Assembly (NCBI RefSeq): GCF_035594765.1
Contig: NC_085844.1
Location: 236,918,107-236,982,106, forward strand
DNA from: Anolis carolinensis
Taxonomy: Eukaryota
Direction: 5' to 3'
DNA: 64,000 nucleotides
Shown here: piece by piece, positions 1-14,026 of the stretch
How the letters are laid out: each line of letters opens with the position of its first letter
How positions within the stretch are numbered: the stretch's first letter is position 1
Notes under the pieces: generated by a model
Database searches by the model: none
What the model saw: only the letters and a program-made list of their open reading frames with translations
Told to the model about the DNA's origin: nothing
Translations under genes and position numbers: made by a program

Positions 1-170
1 TTTTACCATCTTTGTGGGAGGCTTCTCTCATGTCCCCGCATGAAGCTGGAGCTGATAGAGGGAGCTCATCCACGCTCTCCCCGGGTGGGATTCGAACCTG
101 TCAGCCTTCAGGTCAGCAACCCAACCTTCAAGTCATGAGGCTTTTATCTCCTAGGCCATCGGAGGCTCCA
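1..170 (-). mobile_element. AnolisSINE2-type SINE (other copies at ~338-540 -, ~13445-13600 +, 26139-26385 -)
   Basis: tRNA-like head with GGTTCGAATCC B-box; body gagagaagcctcccacaa shared among copies. Confidence 0.75.
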
Positions 171-1666
171 CAAGGATGGTAAAAACATCAAAACAACCGG
201 GTGTCCCCTGGACAACGTCTGCAAGGAGAGACCCTAAGACAGAACCCTCAAGGGAATTTTGTGGCCAGATTTGTTCAGCAATGCAGTTGGCTTTGGGTGC
301 ATCTACACAGCAGAATTAATGCAGTTTTTTTGTGTTAGCGATTTGAGAAACTGCAAGTCACTTCTGGTGTGAGAAAATTGGCTGTCTGCAAGGATGTTGC
401 CCAAGGGATCGCCCAGATATTTGATGTTTTCCATCCTGTGGGAGGCTTCTCTCATGTCCCCGCATGAGGAGCTAGAGCTCACCCCACTCCCCGAATTCGA
501 ACCACCAATCTTTGGGTCAGCAGTCCAGCCAGCCACTGGGCTCAGTAATTAATGCAGTTTGACTCCACTTTATGTGTCATAGATCAATGCTATGGAATCA
601 TGGGAATCATGTTTTAAAAGGCCTTTCGTCTTCCCTGCCAAAGAGTGTTGGTGCCTCTCCAACTACAACTCCCAGCCTTGCATAGCATCCTGTGATAGGC
701 TTACTTTAAGAGTCGCCATAAGTTGAAAATGACTTGAAGGCACACATTAGCAATCTCCCTGTTTTCAGACCATTTAAAAGTGCTGACATAGTCCAAACAG
801 CTGCTTTTCTAGCAATTGTAGGATTTTCTGGGGCAGTTGTGCAAGAAGCCGGTCAAATTCCTCCTTTGGGGGAAATCACATGAGAATGATCACATGTTTG
901 CTGGGGGGGGGGGGGAGAGAGTTAAGTTTGCAAAAGCAGTCATGTGATTCCCAGGCAAGAAAGGTCAAACTATGCCAGATCTTGTTTCCGGGAAGCACCT
1001 ACAGTTTTTTACCATTAGTGATGGATGATATGGGCTCATGACTGATTTAGAGCGTTCAAGGGTCTCAACCATACGATTAGACTGCTTTCCCAGTCTGTTC
1101 CCCTCCATTGTTTATGGATATTCCACACTTTCCCCAAAAAATGAAACTCAATATCTTGACTTCCAAACATTTAAAAAGATACAGATAGAAACACAGTAAG
1201 TTATAATATTACCACATGATGAAACAGATTATCATCTTAAAACATAACCACACAAGGAACAATTTAAAACCACAAATATAGTTAAGATCTCCATCTTAAG
1301 GCAGCAGTAGTTTGCCAAAATCTGAAAAAGAAAGAAAGACAGGCAGGCAAGAAAGGTTTCCTGGTTAGTAGGTATATTTTTGTTGTTGCCATTTAAAATA
1401 TCCACATTGGAGGGATATCCATATAGGCAGTAGCCAATCATCTCTTTGACTCTGTGGGCTCTGGCAGACAAAGAGTCATAAAATCCAGGAAATAAAGTGT
1501 AAATCCCTTTAGCAACAGAAAAAGCGACTTCCTTTAAGATCCAGATTGTGTCTTTGCTTGGTGTGGCTTCCCGTTCCTTCCTTAGGCGGAGATCATTGAA
1601 TTGCTCAAGAAGCCTTTGTATGGTTGCATATGGAAAACTGTTTGGTGCTGTATAGGTAAATACAGT

Positions 1667-1801
1667 GCCCTTCCACACAGCCATATAACCCAAAACATCA
1701 AGGTTGATAATCCACAATATCTGCTTTGAACTTGATTATCTGACTCCACACTGTCATATAATCCAGTTCAATGTGGATTTTACATAGCTTTGTGGAAGGG
1801 C
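1667..1801. mobile_element. MITE (Harbinger-like termini)
   Basis: gcccttccaca...tgtggaagggc TIRs; related sequence at ~63120-63300. Confidence 0.55.
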
Positions 1802-2485
1802 ATAAACAATGGAGGGAAACAGACTGGGATACATAAATATAAATATCACAATAAAACAATTAAAAACTTATTATTGTTGGAGGTACAAACCTTAGAGCCC
1901 AGTTCTAGTTCCTTGACTCCCACTTCTTTTGGATTTTCCTGTTGCAGCTAAAATGTGGTATCCTCAAATCAAGAAAGCCTACCTGGATAGCTATATGAGT
2001 ATGGCATCTTGGTGTCCATTGGAAGAAGCTCCATGGGCTGGGAGCAGCCACTGAAAAGACCTTTTCATTGTATGTGCCACTTAAGAGTAGTGGAAAAGAA
2101 AGACAGGGTCTCCTAAATTCTGTGCAGACATGGTGCTGTAACACCCGCATCCCAGCCTTATATATTGGCCTATCCCTCCCCAAAGGCACCATCTTTGGGG
2201 AAGGATAAGTCAATATATAAGACTGGGGTGGGGGCAAGCAGAGAGATAATTCAGATTTTAATCCACTCATTATGTTCCCTGGGTGACCTTAGCTAATTCT
2301 TCTTTTTTACTGCAACCTGCTTTGCAGGTTGTGAGACTAAAATGGGAAGGAGAGAACCATACATATCGCCTTCTGCTCACAAGATTTCATGTAAATGAAA
2401 TAAACAATGAATAAGACCCTACTCGTTCCTCATCAAATGTGGAACCAAGATTTAATCTGTTCTCTCCTTTTCTTCCACCACACAG

Positions 2486-5400
2486 AACCTACCCTCGTCC
2501 CCATGAATATTTGGACATCTCTGAGCTGCCCAAGTCCTGGGACTGGAGGAATGTAGACGGGGTCAATTACGTGAGCACGACTCGGAACCAGCACATCCCT
2601 CAGTATTGTGGGTCCTGTTGGGCTCATGGCAGCACCAGCGCTTTGGCAGGTAAAGCAAGTGGGCTTGGACTGATTTTGGTCTTGTGCCAGGATTAGTAAA
2701 TGCCCACAACTTACTGGAATACATCCAGGGGAATGCCTGGGTTTTCTTTCCTTGATCCTTACTTGTGTGCCAATTCCCTTTTGATATTGCCTTTGTTCTT
2801 TTATTGTGGTTTGCCTTGTTGGACTGGAAAAGCATTTGCCAAGATCCTAGATCAGCTACTTTGTCATGGAACTAACTTGGTGTGTAGCTCTGGGCTCTAT
2901 CATATGACACTATTATTTAACTGTTATTCCACTTCACCTACAATTTGTAGGAAATGCTGAGATTTGCAGTTTAGGAAGGGATATTTAGAGTTTTCAGGCA
3001 GAAAACCCTTGGGCCCTGTTAAACTACAAATCCCAAAATTCCACAAAATGTTGTCATGGTAGTTAAAGTGAAGTAATAACACAATAATAGTATTGTGATA
3101 GAAATCTAAGCAGCATCTCTCAGCCCAGCCACCTTAAATACTTACAGGCAGAAGCTTCTGTGAGCAACAGCAGGATCTTTCCCCCCTGTGATCAAGGTAC
3201 AGTTAAGATCCCTGAGGGATCTCTTGACACAGCAGTCATAAAGAGGTTCCCGGTTAAAAATCCTCCTTGTTCCAGAGATCACTTTCTGGAGAGATGGTGG
3301 TGGAAATGCCAATCTGCTGCATCCAAGTTGATAGGAGAACAAAGCTCTGTTGTTTAGAGCAGCTGCTGCCTGGTAAACCAGGATTGGAAATTTTATGCTT
3401 TCCATATCTCTACACTACATGAATGTCAGGATTGTGAATATGAATCAGTCACAAAAGCAAAGCTCTAGGTTGTGCATTTATAACTGCAATCATAAATTCC
3501 AGACATGGATATTTGAAGAAGGAGCTGCTCAATTCCTCAACCTCCCTGAACGTGGTAGCCATAACTATTGGCTGTATAATCTCCAGTGAGTTTACATTGT
3601 TCGTATGAAGTTAGCCACTGGAAATGCTGATTTTATGGTCTGCAACTCAGTGGTCATGTGACCTGTTGGGACTCTGAAAACTAATCCCAAAGATTAAAGT
3701 TAAGGTTTAAAATTACAATTGAAAGTTCTGCCACTTTGAGAACAAAGTGACATAACCGTGGTAAATGAATGAATCCAAAGAGGACTTTAGTGAGAGAAGA
3801 GCTGCGATTTGTAAAAAGGGGAAGGAAGCGATGAAGTAAGTAAGATGCAAGCTCCTGCTCAATAACAGAAGTGGGAAGATGTTGTTTTTTTGTGGCATCT
3901 ACTTCTTTTTTCACTACATCTGTGGCTTACTAATCAGTATCAGGTGCAAAGTAATTGTGTGTGGGGTAGCAATATGTCAGCTTCCACCCCACAAGTCACC
4001 CATTTTAGCTGCAGTCCTTCATAAATATCAATATAGGAATATATGCCACACTAGCATTATGTAAACCTAGTACAGAATATCTGTATCTGTATCTTATCTG
4101 TATCTGTATTTGTATCTGGACCCCATTACGCAATGTGCAATTCATCATGATGAAGTATATGAAAGGGGTTGGTCGCACAAGATGTCAAATAATTCCTTTG
4201 CATGTACAGCACAATATATGTATGCTATATCACGAACAAGATACCAGCCTGTATAGCCAAATACAAGCTTATATTCAGGGATTAGAGAGATTACGTTTTG
4301 AACTACAAATCCCAGAATCTCACAACCAACATGGTGCATGTCCATGTTAACTTTGAGAGTTGCAATCCAAAAAAGCAAATTCTTTCATTTATGGGGGTGG
4401 GGTGGACATAGATCAGAAAATCACTGAGTTGGAAAAGACCTAAGGGTCATCCAGGCCAACCCCTGCCATGCAGAAACATCTAATCAAAGCACTCCTGACA
4501 GATGGCCACCCAGCCTCTGCTTAAGAACCTCCAGGGGTAGTGGAGATTCCACCGTACTTTGAGGCAGAATATTCCAATGTTGGACAGCTTTTACCAAAAG
4601 GAAGTTCTTCCTAATATTTTGGTGCAATGTATTTTCCAGAAAATCTTAAAATTCTGCAGTAATTCCCATTAGCAGTGTGCACTGTCCCTGGGAACCTTTG
4701 AAATATGTTCCTGCTTATGAACAAAGAAGTAAACTGCTTCAGGTCTTGTAGCTACAGCTCCACCATCTTCTTTCACCACTGAAGAAACTTGTCCTGAATC
4801 CCTATGGGCCAGATATATTTTGGCTTGTTCTGCCAGACTTGTCACATGGAGAGCTGGTTTCAGTTGCATATTTATTTCAGTTACATCCCTTGTTTTCTAA
4901 AGGTATCTCCAAAACAGGAACCATTGGCCAAAGTACACAACTTGCACAATACAGTAGCATGATGTTTATCTAAAAAAAAAATTGCTTCTTCAGTTGTCTC
5001 CTCTTGTTTTGACAGCTTAATTTGCTTCACATTATTTCCATTTGTGCCTCAGATCGCATCAATATCAAGAAGAAAGGGGCCTGGCCCTCCGCTTACCTCT
5101 CCGTTCAGCATGTCATTGACTGTGGCAATGCAGGATCCTGTGAAGGAGGAGATGACGGCGCTGTCTGGCAGTATGCGCATGAGCACGGCATCCCAGATGA
5201 GACCTGCAACAATTACCAAGCAAAAGACCAGCGTACGTGAGCTCAAAAGCAAGGGCTACCCTCTCCTACTTTTTCCTACCCAAAGCTGGTTGCACAGGCA
5301 GGAAAGAAATTCAAATGGCTTTGTTTGTTTGTTTGTAGTTTTTCTAAACAATTCCCACTGTCTGTGCTTACTGGTAGAGACTGCATGGTGGAATGGTTTG

Positions 5401-8400
5401 AGAACTGGACTATGACTCTGGAGATCTGAGTGGGGTTTGCCCTTGCCTTCCTCTGAGGCTGAGACAGTGTGACTTGCCCAAGATTACCCAGTGGATTTTC
5501 ATGGCTGAGTGGGTTCCAAACTCAGGTTTCCCAGAGTCTTAATCCAAGGGATCAGAGAACCTCCACTTTTGCTTCTGTGGTTGAATGACAGGGACTTACT
5601 GGTGGCGGCTCACAATATGGAAGTTTGTATTTAAGGAAGCCAAGCAGGGTCCATGTTTTCTCATTTTTGGATGAGAAACTTCCATGCTGGGAGGTGTTTT
5701 ATAATGAATTTTGTTCTGGTTTTTGTTTGTTTTCTTGGTTTGATAAAATGCAGCTGCACACTTTGAGTTTTTCTTCTCTCGAATGTACGATGATATGGAG
5801 TAGGAATAATACAAACCAACATGACATTAAAGCATCTTCTGTATCAGGCATGGGCCAGCTTGGGTTCTCCAGGTGTTTTGGACTTCAACTCCCACCATTC
5901 CTAACAGCCTCGGGCCCTTTCCTTTTCCCCCTCAGCCGCTTAAGCGGCTGAGGGGGGAAAGGAAGGGGCCTGAGGCTGTTAGGAATGGTGGGAGTTGAAA
6001 TCCAAAACACCTAGAGAGCCCAAGTTGGCCCATGCCTGCCCTATATATAACTTTTATTCCTGATTATTTCTCACAAGATGGACTGCATACTGTCTGATAC
6101 ACTTTCCTTGTTTATTTTGCAGCATGCCAGAAGTTCAATCAATGTGGAACATGCGTTACTTTTGGACAATGTCACATCGTGAAGAACTACACTCTCTGGA
6201 AAGTTGCAGATTATGGAACAGTCGCGGGACGAGAGAAAATGATGGCCGAAATCTATGAGAATGGTCCCATCAGGTAAAACCAAAGCCAAGTGCATAATAA
6301 GTGACTATGATCTGTTTCTGTTTGTTTTTCTTTAAGAAAATGTCCTAAAATAAACCCCTTTCCTGGCAATAAGCTGCACTGAATGTATGCATAGGGGATT
6401 GCACTGAAGACCCCATGGAAGCGCCATTTGGTTTCATTGAAATGCTAGTCACAGAATGTATTCATACTGTGCATGTTTTGTGCAAGATATGAGAACATGA
6501 GCACTTATTCTTTTGAGATGTTAAACTCTGAGCAGATCATTTAAACCTGTTGCTTGTGACTGATGGTGAAATTAATATATGATATCATTTAAAACAGTTG
6601 CGGGATTATGGCCACTCCAAAGCTGGACGACTACACTGGAGGACTTTATGCAGAATACCATCCCTCTCCCTTTATAAACCACATCGTCTCTGTTGCTGGC
6701 TGGGGAGTAGAAAATGAAACAGAATACTGGATTGTCCGCAACTCTTGGGGCGAGCCCTGGGTGAGCATGAGAAAAGAAACAGGAAGAAAAACCCTTCCCT
6801 TGACATCACTCTCTCTACTTCCCCCTAAAGATCTGTTATAGATGAGCAATGCATACATTGTAAAGTCTGGATGTTGGTCTTGAATCCATGAGACTTTTAT
6901 CTGGTGTCCTCTAAGTGAAATACACAGGCATAAGTGAATGTCTGTATTAGGTTGTTGTAAAGACTGGTATTCATCCCTCCCTCCACAATAACCAAAGCCC
7001 TTCCAAGTCTACTATAGTTCCCCAATGGCCATTTCATGGTTGATGGAGGGCATTGTGTATTGGAGGCACATCTGGTTATGTCCTTGTAGTCCAGTGGTTC
7101 TCAACCTGGGGTCCCCAGATATTTTTGGCGTACAACTCTCAGAAGTCCCAGCCAGTTTACCAGTTGTTAGGATTTCTGGGAGTTGAAGGCCAAAAACATC
7201 TGGGGACCCCACTGTTGTAGTCAAAGGCAAAAGGATTAACTCAGTGGTTCTCAACATGGGGTCCCCAGATGTTTTTGGCCTTCAACTCCCAGAAATCCTA
7301 ACAGCTGTTAAACTGGCTGGAATTTCTGAGAGTTGTATGCCAAAAACATCTGGGGACCCCAGGTTGAGAACCACTGGGTTAACTCATTTGCTAAGAGCTC
7401 CAGATGATATTGGTAGCCCTTAGTGAGTGATGTTATTGTTCTGTGTGCAACTATGAGGGTGAGACCAGATGCTTCTTTAATACCGTCCCAGCCATAGGAT
7501 TGCTACTCAAGGGTCTTGACCAGCTCAGCAATACATTTGGGGGCTATTGAATAGCTGACTGTAACAAGGGTGTGCATATATAGAACTAGAACGCTGTGCC
7601 ATTTAGGATTCTAGACTTCCTGATCCCCACCCACCCCTCTCTCCCTTTCTGTGTGAAAATGAGATGCAAGGCATAAATGCAAAGGGCCATAAGATATGGT
7701 GGAAGTGTTACTCAGTGAGTAGATAGAGAGTTCTGCAGTGAGTTCAGCTTGTGTCCTGAAAGCCTTCAATGATGATTATAGTAGGGTTTCCTGGTCTTGG
7801 TGTCCTGATACCAATTTGGTTCCAGAAGGAATGGTCTATAGATAGACTGTGAGGGCCCATAGATTCAAAAGGTCCTCCTTCTCCCAGAATGACCATAGGT
7901 TGCATTCAGGAACCGTACTTTCCTACCTTCCGAAATTTCTTGCAACACTTTCACAAGAATCTACTTCTAAATTACAGAGTAAATTTTATAGGAAATTTTT
8001 TACTTAATATGGAGCGAATCAGAGACCTGGTCCAAATACTCTAATGCCTAAATACTATTGTTTGTTCCCTAGCAGAGTAGATCCAGTGATTCAATGGGTA
8101 CTTGTTAAACTAACTAACTGTTGTCCAAGTTTCACTATGATTCTAGTACATAAGAAATAGTTTTCTGCAAAAGGCACTTCTAGGACTCAACCAAAAGGAA
8201 AAATAACCTGTGTTGGAAACATATCCATGTTAGTTTAGATCGATATGCAAAGAGATCTTGTAGCACAGGCATGGGCGGGTAGGCTGTTAGGAATTGTTGG
8301 AGTTGGAGTCCACCTGGCGGGCTCAAGTTTGTCCATGCCTGTTGTAGCACCTTTGTGACTGAGCCAAATAAGTTGGTAGCATAGGTTTTCATGTTTTAAT

Positions 8401-9014
8401 CTGTATCATCAGATGTCTTCACTCCATGCATCTGATGAAGTAAACTCAAGTCTGAAAGTTTATCTTACCAGCTTCTTTCTCTCTGAGTTTCAAAGGTGCC
8501 GAAATATCGCTTTGCATAATAACATAATACCTGCTCTTATTTGTGAGAAGTTGCCATACTGGGCCACTTGTTGTGTGCTTCTCATTCCACATTTTGTCTG
8601 TTAGTGACATTTTCTTTTCTTGGAGACACATTTTGCTGGACAAACTGTCCATGGAAATCTGTCACTGTTCCAGGCACCCATATGTGATGTTAGGGTGCAT
8701 TCCCCACTCACACAGTTTAGGCATGTTGTATAACTTTGTATTTTAAGAACAATGCTATATAGAAAGGAACTTGAAAGATTTTAGCCACAGGTATGTCAGT
8801 TAGGAGGTTTGTGGACTTGTAATGCAAATCTTGTCTGGATTTTAAATGACATTCAAAAGCTACTGTGTCTCTGTAACTAATGCAATTTAATATTTTGCAG
8901 GGAGAGAGAGGCTGGCTTAGGATTGTGACAAGTACATATAAAGGAGGGAAAGGAGAAAACTACAATCTTGCCATCGAAACACAGTGTTCTTATGGAGACC
9001 CTATTATTCCATGA
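2486..9014 (+). CDS. CTSZ: Cathepsin Z/X, canonical copy; coding exons 2-6 (2486-2649, 5053-5232, 6123-6273, 6598-6760, 8901-9014); exon 1 not found, presumably upstream of the window
   Basis: All introns are GT-AG and the frame is continuous. Exon sizes are 164/180/151/163/114. Translation: [10 protein letters not shown]...[30 protein letters not shown]...GSCEGG...[11 protein letters not shown]...[19 protein letters not shown]...YGDPIIP*. It has the cathepsin X-specific HIP mini-loop and the Cys/His/Asn triad. Confidence 0.96.
4408..4620 (-). mobile_element. CR1 LINE 3' fragment (related pieces at ~22684-22850, ~45030-45180, ~58730-58935)
   Basis: cagatggcca..cagcctctg and aggaagttcttcctaat CR1 3'-end motifs. 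Confidence 0.6.
5845..6038. mobile_element. Palindromic hAT-type MITE (relatives at 8266-8341 with TSD ttgtagca, and ~49220-49351)
   Basis: caggcatggg...cccatgcctg, near-perfect fold-back. Confidence 0.75.
7092..7376. mobile_element. Two adjacent hAT/Charlie-type MITEs
   Basis: TIR cagtggttctcaac...gttgagaaccactg. Confidence 0.7.
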
Positions 9015-9296
9015 GTCTGTCCTGCCTTCTGTTTGGGATCATGGTTTGGACTGCAAGAACTTCTCCAGCCAGTTGTTTCTTCTTTTCAAAGGGATGAGGT
9101 GATTTACTGCAATATCATTGAATGAAGGACTTATGGAATTTGGAATCTAATTTAGACTTTCTATCTTTTTGGTCATAATTGTTTTTTCATATGTGTGTTT
9201 GATTTTTTACAAATATTCAGGGCTATCTTTGAAACAACCAAATGAATGACTTGTACTGATTGCACGAAAGCACCTTTGTGAACCTCACTGAATTGT

Positions 9297-9302
9297 AATA
9301 AA
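9297..9302 (+). terminator. Probable polyadenylation signal of CTSZ
   Basis: AATAAA about 280 nt after the TGA at 9012-9014. Confidence 0.6.
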
Positions 9303-12300
9303 TGTCTTTGTAGCTAATTCTCAAACGCCAGGATTAAGGGGGTTTGAGGGAGAAGAGTTGTGCATATGGGAGGTCTATTATATTTATAATCCCTCGTGCT
9401 TTGGGTCTGAGCTGTGTTTCAGGCTGAGATCAACCTTAAGATGCCTACAACTCTTAAACTGGAGCCAGAGCCCCCTGCTTTTGTAATTCTTTCCTCCCTC
9501 CATACTAAGTTCAAGAGATTGGCCTGTTTTGAGCAGTGTCAATGTATCAGTGTTGTCTCCTTCACACTTTTCACTGAGATGCTGAGTCTTATGAAGGAGG
9601 AAGAGGAGAAGATGAAATGTGCGAGAATCTCTGGATTTTCTTTTGTCCGTAGAGGAAAACCAGCTCTCTTCCCTGTGCGGCTTGGGGTCAGAATGGATGT
9701 AACTTTCTATGTATCTTTCAATCCGTGCCTTGAGCTTCTCTTTCCATACTATTTTAAATGAAGGCAGCTTTACGCACACTTAGCTGCCCCCCTTGGATTT
9801 ATACTGTTTTCTCTGCTGAAAATGACTCCCAATGTTCTTTGTGGCAAATAAGAGCTTTGTAGGAGTTGACAGCTTACCTGTGGGGAGATAACAAGAACAG
9901 ACCTCCTGTCCCATAGTTTTAATTCTCACTTCCAGCCTGCAGATGTTTTGGGAATACATAAGATGACAACAACTTCATGAACAAGGGATGCAGTGATACT
10001 TCTGAACTGATGTTTTGTTTGGGTCCATCAGAAGCATGACAAGACATAAAACGGAGAAATTGTAATGTAGTGCAGACTAGTGGTGACACCCCATACTATT
10101 AAGAAAGATTTGCCATTGCCGTCACATGAGTTGTCTCTTCATTTCAACACCCAAATGCAGCTCTTAATTAAATCAGCTTGGCACAGGGCAACTCCAAGGT
10201 GCTTATCTGACTTCTGCAGCCTTCATTCCACCCTCCCAGTCTCCACATATATCTGAACCTATCTATATCCTGAGGCTGTAGCAGGCAGCCGAACCCCAAA
10301 CTGGCTTCTTGCAGCTTTTATTAAATGTACTAGAAAACCAGCATCCCTTTATGAGACAAAATCCAGTCATTGCTTCCATATAGTGATCCCTTTTCTGTTC
10401 CTCATTTGCAGAAAGCAAACTCTCAAGGTAAGGGTAAAGCTGCATCTACAATTCATCAATACACATAATTCCTAGGAAGCCTGTGCAACTTTGGCATGTT
10501 TGGGAAGTCTAACTATGCTCTCACCATAACTAAACAATTTCCCCTCGACAGAGACAAGGGTTGGCAAACAACTGGAAGAACAGAATTGATGGCTAGAGCA
10601 CACTTTTATTGTTGGTCCATGTGTTAGGCCATGAATTCTGCTTTAGTGGCAGATCTGGAGCTTTTCTGGATTATACTTTGGTATTCTGGTGCAGTAAAAA
10701 AAAAACCTGCTTCATTTCCCAAGCCTTTAAGATTGTGAGGCTGGAAGAGGATCTTTTTTGCTGCCAAAGATCTCACTATAAGACCAGCAGCTAAATTTTC
10801 ACATGGATATTGATATCCACGCATATTAGGTTTTAAGACATACAGCCTGTCGTAGTCTAATCTACTTAAACTTGCTTTTCTTCTGTATGTTGTCTAAAGA
10901 CAGTTTATACATGCAGCCTATGGCTATAGTATAACACCTTGTCCCTGCTCCTCACCAACCTTCCTTTTCCCAATCAAGTGCCTTTCATTATATTCTTCTG
11001 ACCATGCTGTCAAGGGCTGATGGGAGTTGTATTCCAAAATATCTTGGAGACCCAAAATTTACAGGTTGCTGGTCTAGACTGATGAAGACATTTTAAATTT
11101 TGCTTACAATCTTGTGCCTGATGGTTGTATTATGTAATAAACATAGTGCTTGACAGTGAATGCTGGCATTTTTAAGGGACTAACGTGAATGATTTTGTTT
11201 TCTGTATTACTTTGAAATGATACATTTGACTCTCCATAACCATGGATTCGATCATCCATAACTTGAATATATACTTTTTAATTTCCCCAAAGTAAACCTT
11301 GATTTGCCATTTTATATAAGGGATATCATTTTACTGCCATTCTATACTTGAGCATCCATTGATTTTGGCCTGCTGGAACCAAATTCCACTGTATTTCATC
11401 ATCTTTTTGATTAATCAATATCCCATCCTTCTTCCAATACTGAGCCTCAAGGCAGTTTACAAAAATTAAAGCCCTTCCTTCAACAAGCTCATGATAGCAC
11501 CAACCACTCCTTTCCATTTCCCAGTGGCCATGCTGGTCAAGGAATTCTGGAGCTACTTTCCAAAGAAGTAACATTTCCAAGTTCTGACAGGCAGAAGGCC
11601 ATCCTTCTTCTTGAACAGAATAGGACTTTTCTATTAAAGACATATCTTACGAAATACCCTGACTCTGCCATACAGATAGCACACAGAAGCAGGCAGGAGA
11701 AACACAGAGCTAAATTTGCATGGATTTTATATTTTTAAACCTGTCTTTGCAAAGATATAACATAACTTTGAAAAACCTTTGCATTCACATATATACTAGA
11801 CATAACAACCTGCTATCATGTCAAGGTTGGAAAAACGGTACATAGTCCTTCAAATATTGTTGGATGCCAAACCCTGTTAGTCCTGTCTCCATATCCAGTA
11901 GACAGAGATGGAAGGAATTGTAGTTCAACACTGAAATGGAACAGAATCCTTATTTCTGAATTACGTTAGGGAGAAAGAGACCTCATATACAAGAGAGAAT
12001 TTTGCTGGGAAAAAGAAAGACCCACCACTGTCCCAGACTTCCTGAAATTATGTTGGAGGTCAGGTTTGCACAACTTGGGGGTAAGATATAAGCCAAAATC
12101 TTTGCGCCTCAGATAGGTTTTTAGTGCCTCATTTTCCGAGTAAAGTATAATTACTAATTATATTATTTTGCCAATAAACCATATTATGAAAAGCGGAATG
12201 TTAGAACCAAACTACCAGCATCTCCACAGCAGTTGCTCACATACAAAGACATATTGAACTGAGTGTCTGACCTTGGAGAAAGCACCAGACACGCATGTAA

Positions 12301-13030
12301 CTTGTCAGACAGCCACGCAACAAACTGGAAAGGAGAACTTGTGTCATAGCTGCTCATCACATAGCAGGCATCAGCTGTATTGGCACATGGTTGCACTCAC
12401 TTTGTCCCTGCTCAGTGCCAATAATGACTGAAAACAGCAAAAAGATACAACTATGCTTACTCCTCTCAGACCAACTGTGGTTGGTTGCCGTGGTTCGTGT
12501 GACAAACAGAAGAGTGTGTGTAGTGGAAACCCACCTGCCAAGTTACATGATGTGCACAATAGTTACTAGGTGAAGGCACGAGGTAACATCAAGCACAAAT
12601 TGTGCATAGACAAAAAACTTCTTACATCTATATTTTCTTTTACATTTTCACAGGCCATCTGAAATCCTGCAAATGGCCCACTGATTGTATGTTGTGCAGT
12701 CCTGTTGGAGGCCAAGGAAAGGAATGTCTCTGTACATCTGCAAAATGGTAGCCAGAAGATTGTGGTGGCATCCAGTTGGAAGTTGTACATGGGTCTTTAT
12801 GCAAAGAAATGTTGGAGAGACTGTTCTGCAATTACTGGATACATAAATAAAGTTCACCCCAGTGTTACATTTCACTGTTACATTTCAGAAGAAGGAATTA
12901 CCGAAATCAGTTCCTGGGTATTCCTTGCCTAAAAAACCCCAATGAATTCTACAAAGTCACCATATATTATGACTTCAAGGCACATATATGTGTGTGTCAC
13001 CTAAAAAGCATTCTGGCCTACATATAGCTA

Positions 13031-13033
<3 letters not shown>

Positions 13034-13071
<38 letters not shown>

Positions 13072-13112
13072 ATATATGTATGTATGTGTGTGTGTGTATA
13101 TATATACACACA
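13034..13112. repeat. (TG)n/(TA)n microsatellite
   Basis: Directly visible. Confidence 0.95.
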
Positions 13113-13433
13113 CAGTAGAGTCTCACTTATCCAACACCCACTTATCCAACGTTCTGGATTATCCAACGCATTTTTGTAGTCTGTTTTCAATGCATCGTGA
13201 TATTTTGGTGCTAAATTCATAAATACAGTAATTACTACATAGCATTACTGCGTATTGAACTACTTTTTCTGTCAAATTTGTTGTATAAAATGATGTTTTG
13301 GTGCTTAATTTGTAAAATCATAACCTATTTTGATGTTTATTAGGCTTTTTCTTAATCTCTCCTTATTATCCAACATATTCGCTTATCCAACGTTCTGCCG
13401 GCCCGTTTATGTTGGATAAGTGAGACTCTACTG
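13113..13433. mobile_element. Tc1/mariner-type MITE
   Basis: TIR cagtagagtctcacttatccaac...gttggataagtgagactctactg. Confidence 0.8.
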
Positions 13434-14026
13434 CATATATATATGAGCTCCTGTCTGTCAGCCCTAGCTTCCCAGGTGGGGAGATGAGAGAAGCCTTCCA
13501 GCAGGATGGTAACACATCCAAGTGTTCCTTGGACAATGTTGATAGCCAATTCTCTTAGATCACAAGCATCTTGCAGTATGTTCTCAATTCAATTCTGACA
13601 CTATTAAAAAGCCCTCAAAGCACACCCAACAGATGGCCATCCTATCTCTATTTAAAATTCTCTAAGGAAGACGGTACCACCACAATCCCAGTTAGTGTAT
13701 TATACTATCAAACAGCTCATAGATTAGGATGATGCTGGTAGTTCTAAGCATATTCTTTCAGACTCTGTACCTTTCTATCTCTTTCCAACCAACAAAGAGA
13801 CAGAGACTCATGAAATGCAAAAGAGCTATATTTGGAAAGCATATAGAAAAAAGATTGGGGTGGAAATGAGCTTACACTGGACGTGTAAAAGGCAACTAAA
13901 CAATCATGTGTCTCTAAGCTATTATAGTATTGCTATTTGCACAGCTGAAAAGCTAATCTTACTTAAGGAAAGAAAAAGAACATTTCTTTCAGAAGACATG
14001 CATGCAAAGACAGCTCAACTGCAGGT

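Noticed and set aside
1232-1717. 161-aa minus-strand ORF
   Set aside because: Starts inside a MITE and has no recognisable homology; lies antisense in the presumed CTSZ intron 1.
1-2485. Searched for exon 1 of the canonical CTSZ
   Set aside because: No signal-peptide or CYxP exon with a phase-2 donor was found.
9384-9779. Overlapping 131-aa and 115-aa ORFs on opposite strands downstream of CTSZ
   Set aside because: Non-ATG starts, no recognisable motif and no splice context; probably chance.
9872-9945. Minus-strand mini-exon-like stretch ending in AG|GTAAG that translates ...CSCYLPT, resembling the CTSZ pro-peptide SCYKP
   Set aside because: The match is too short, there is no signal peptide, the phase is wrong, and there are no partner exons.
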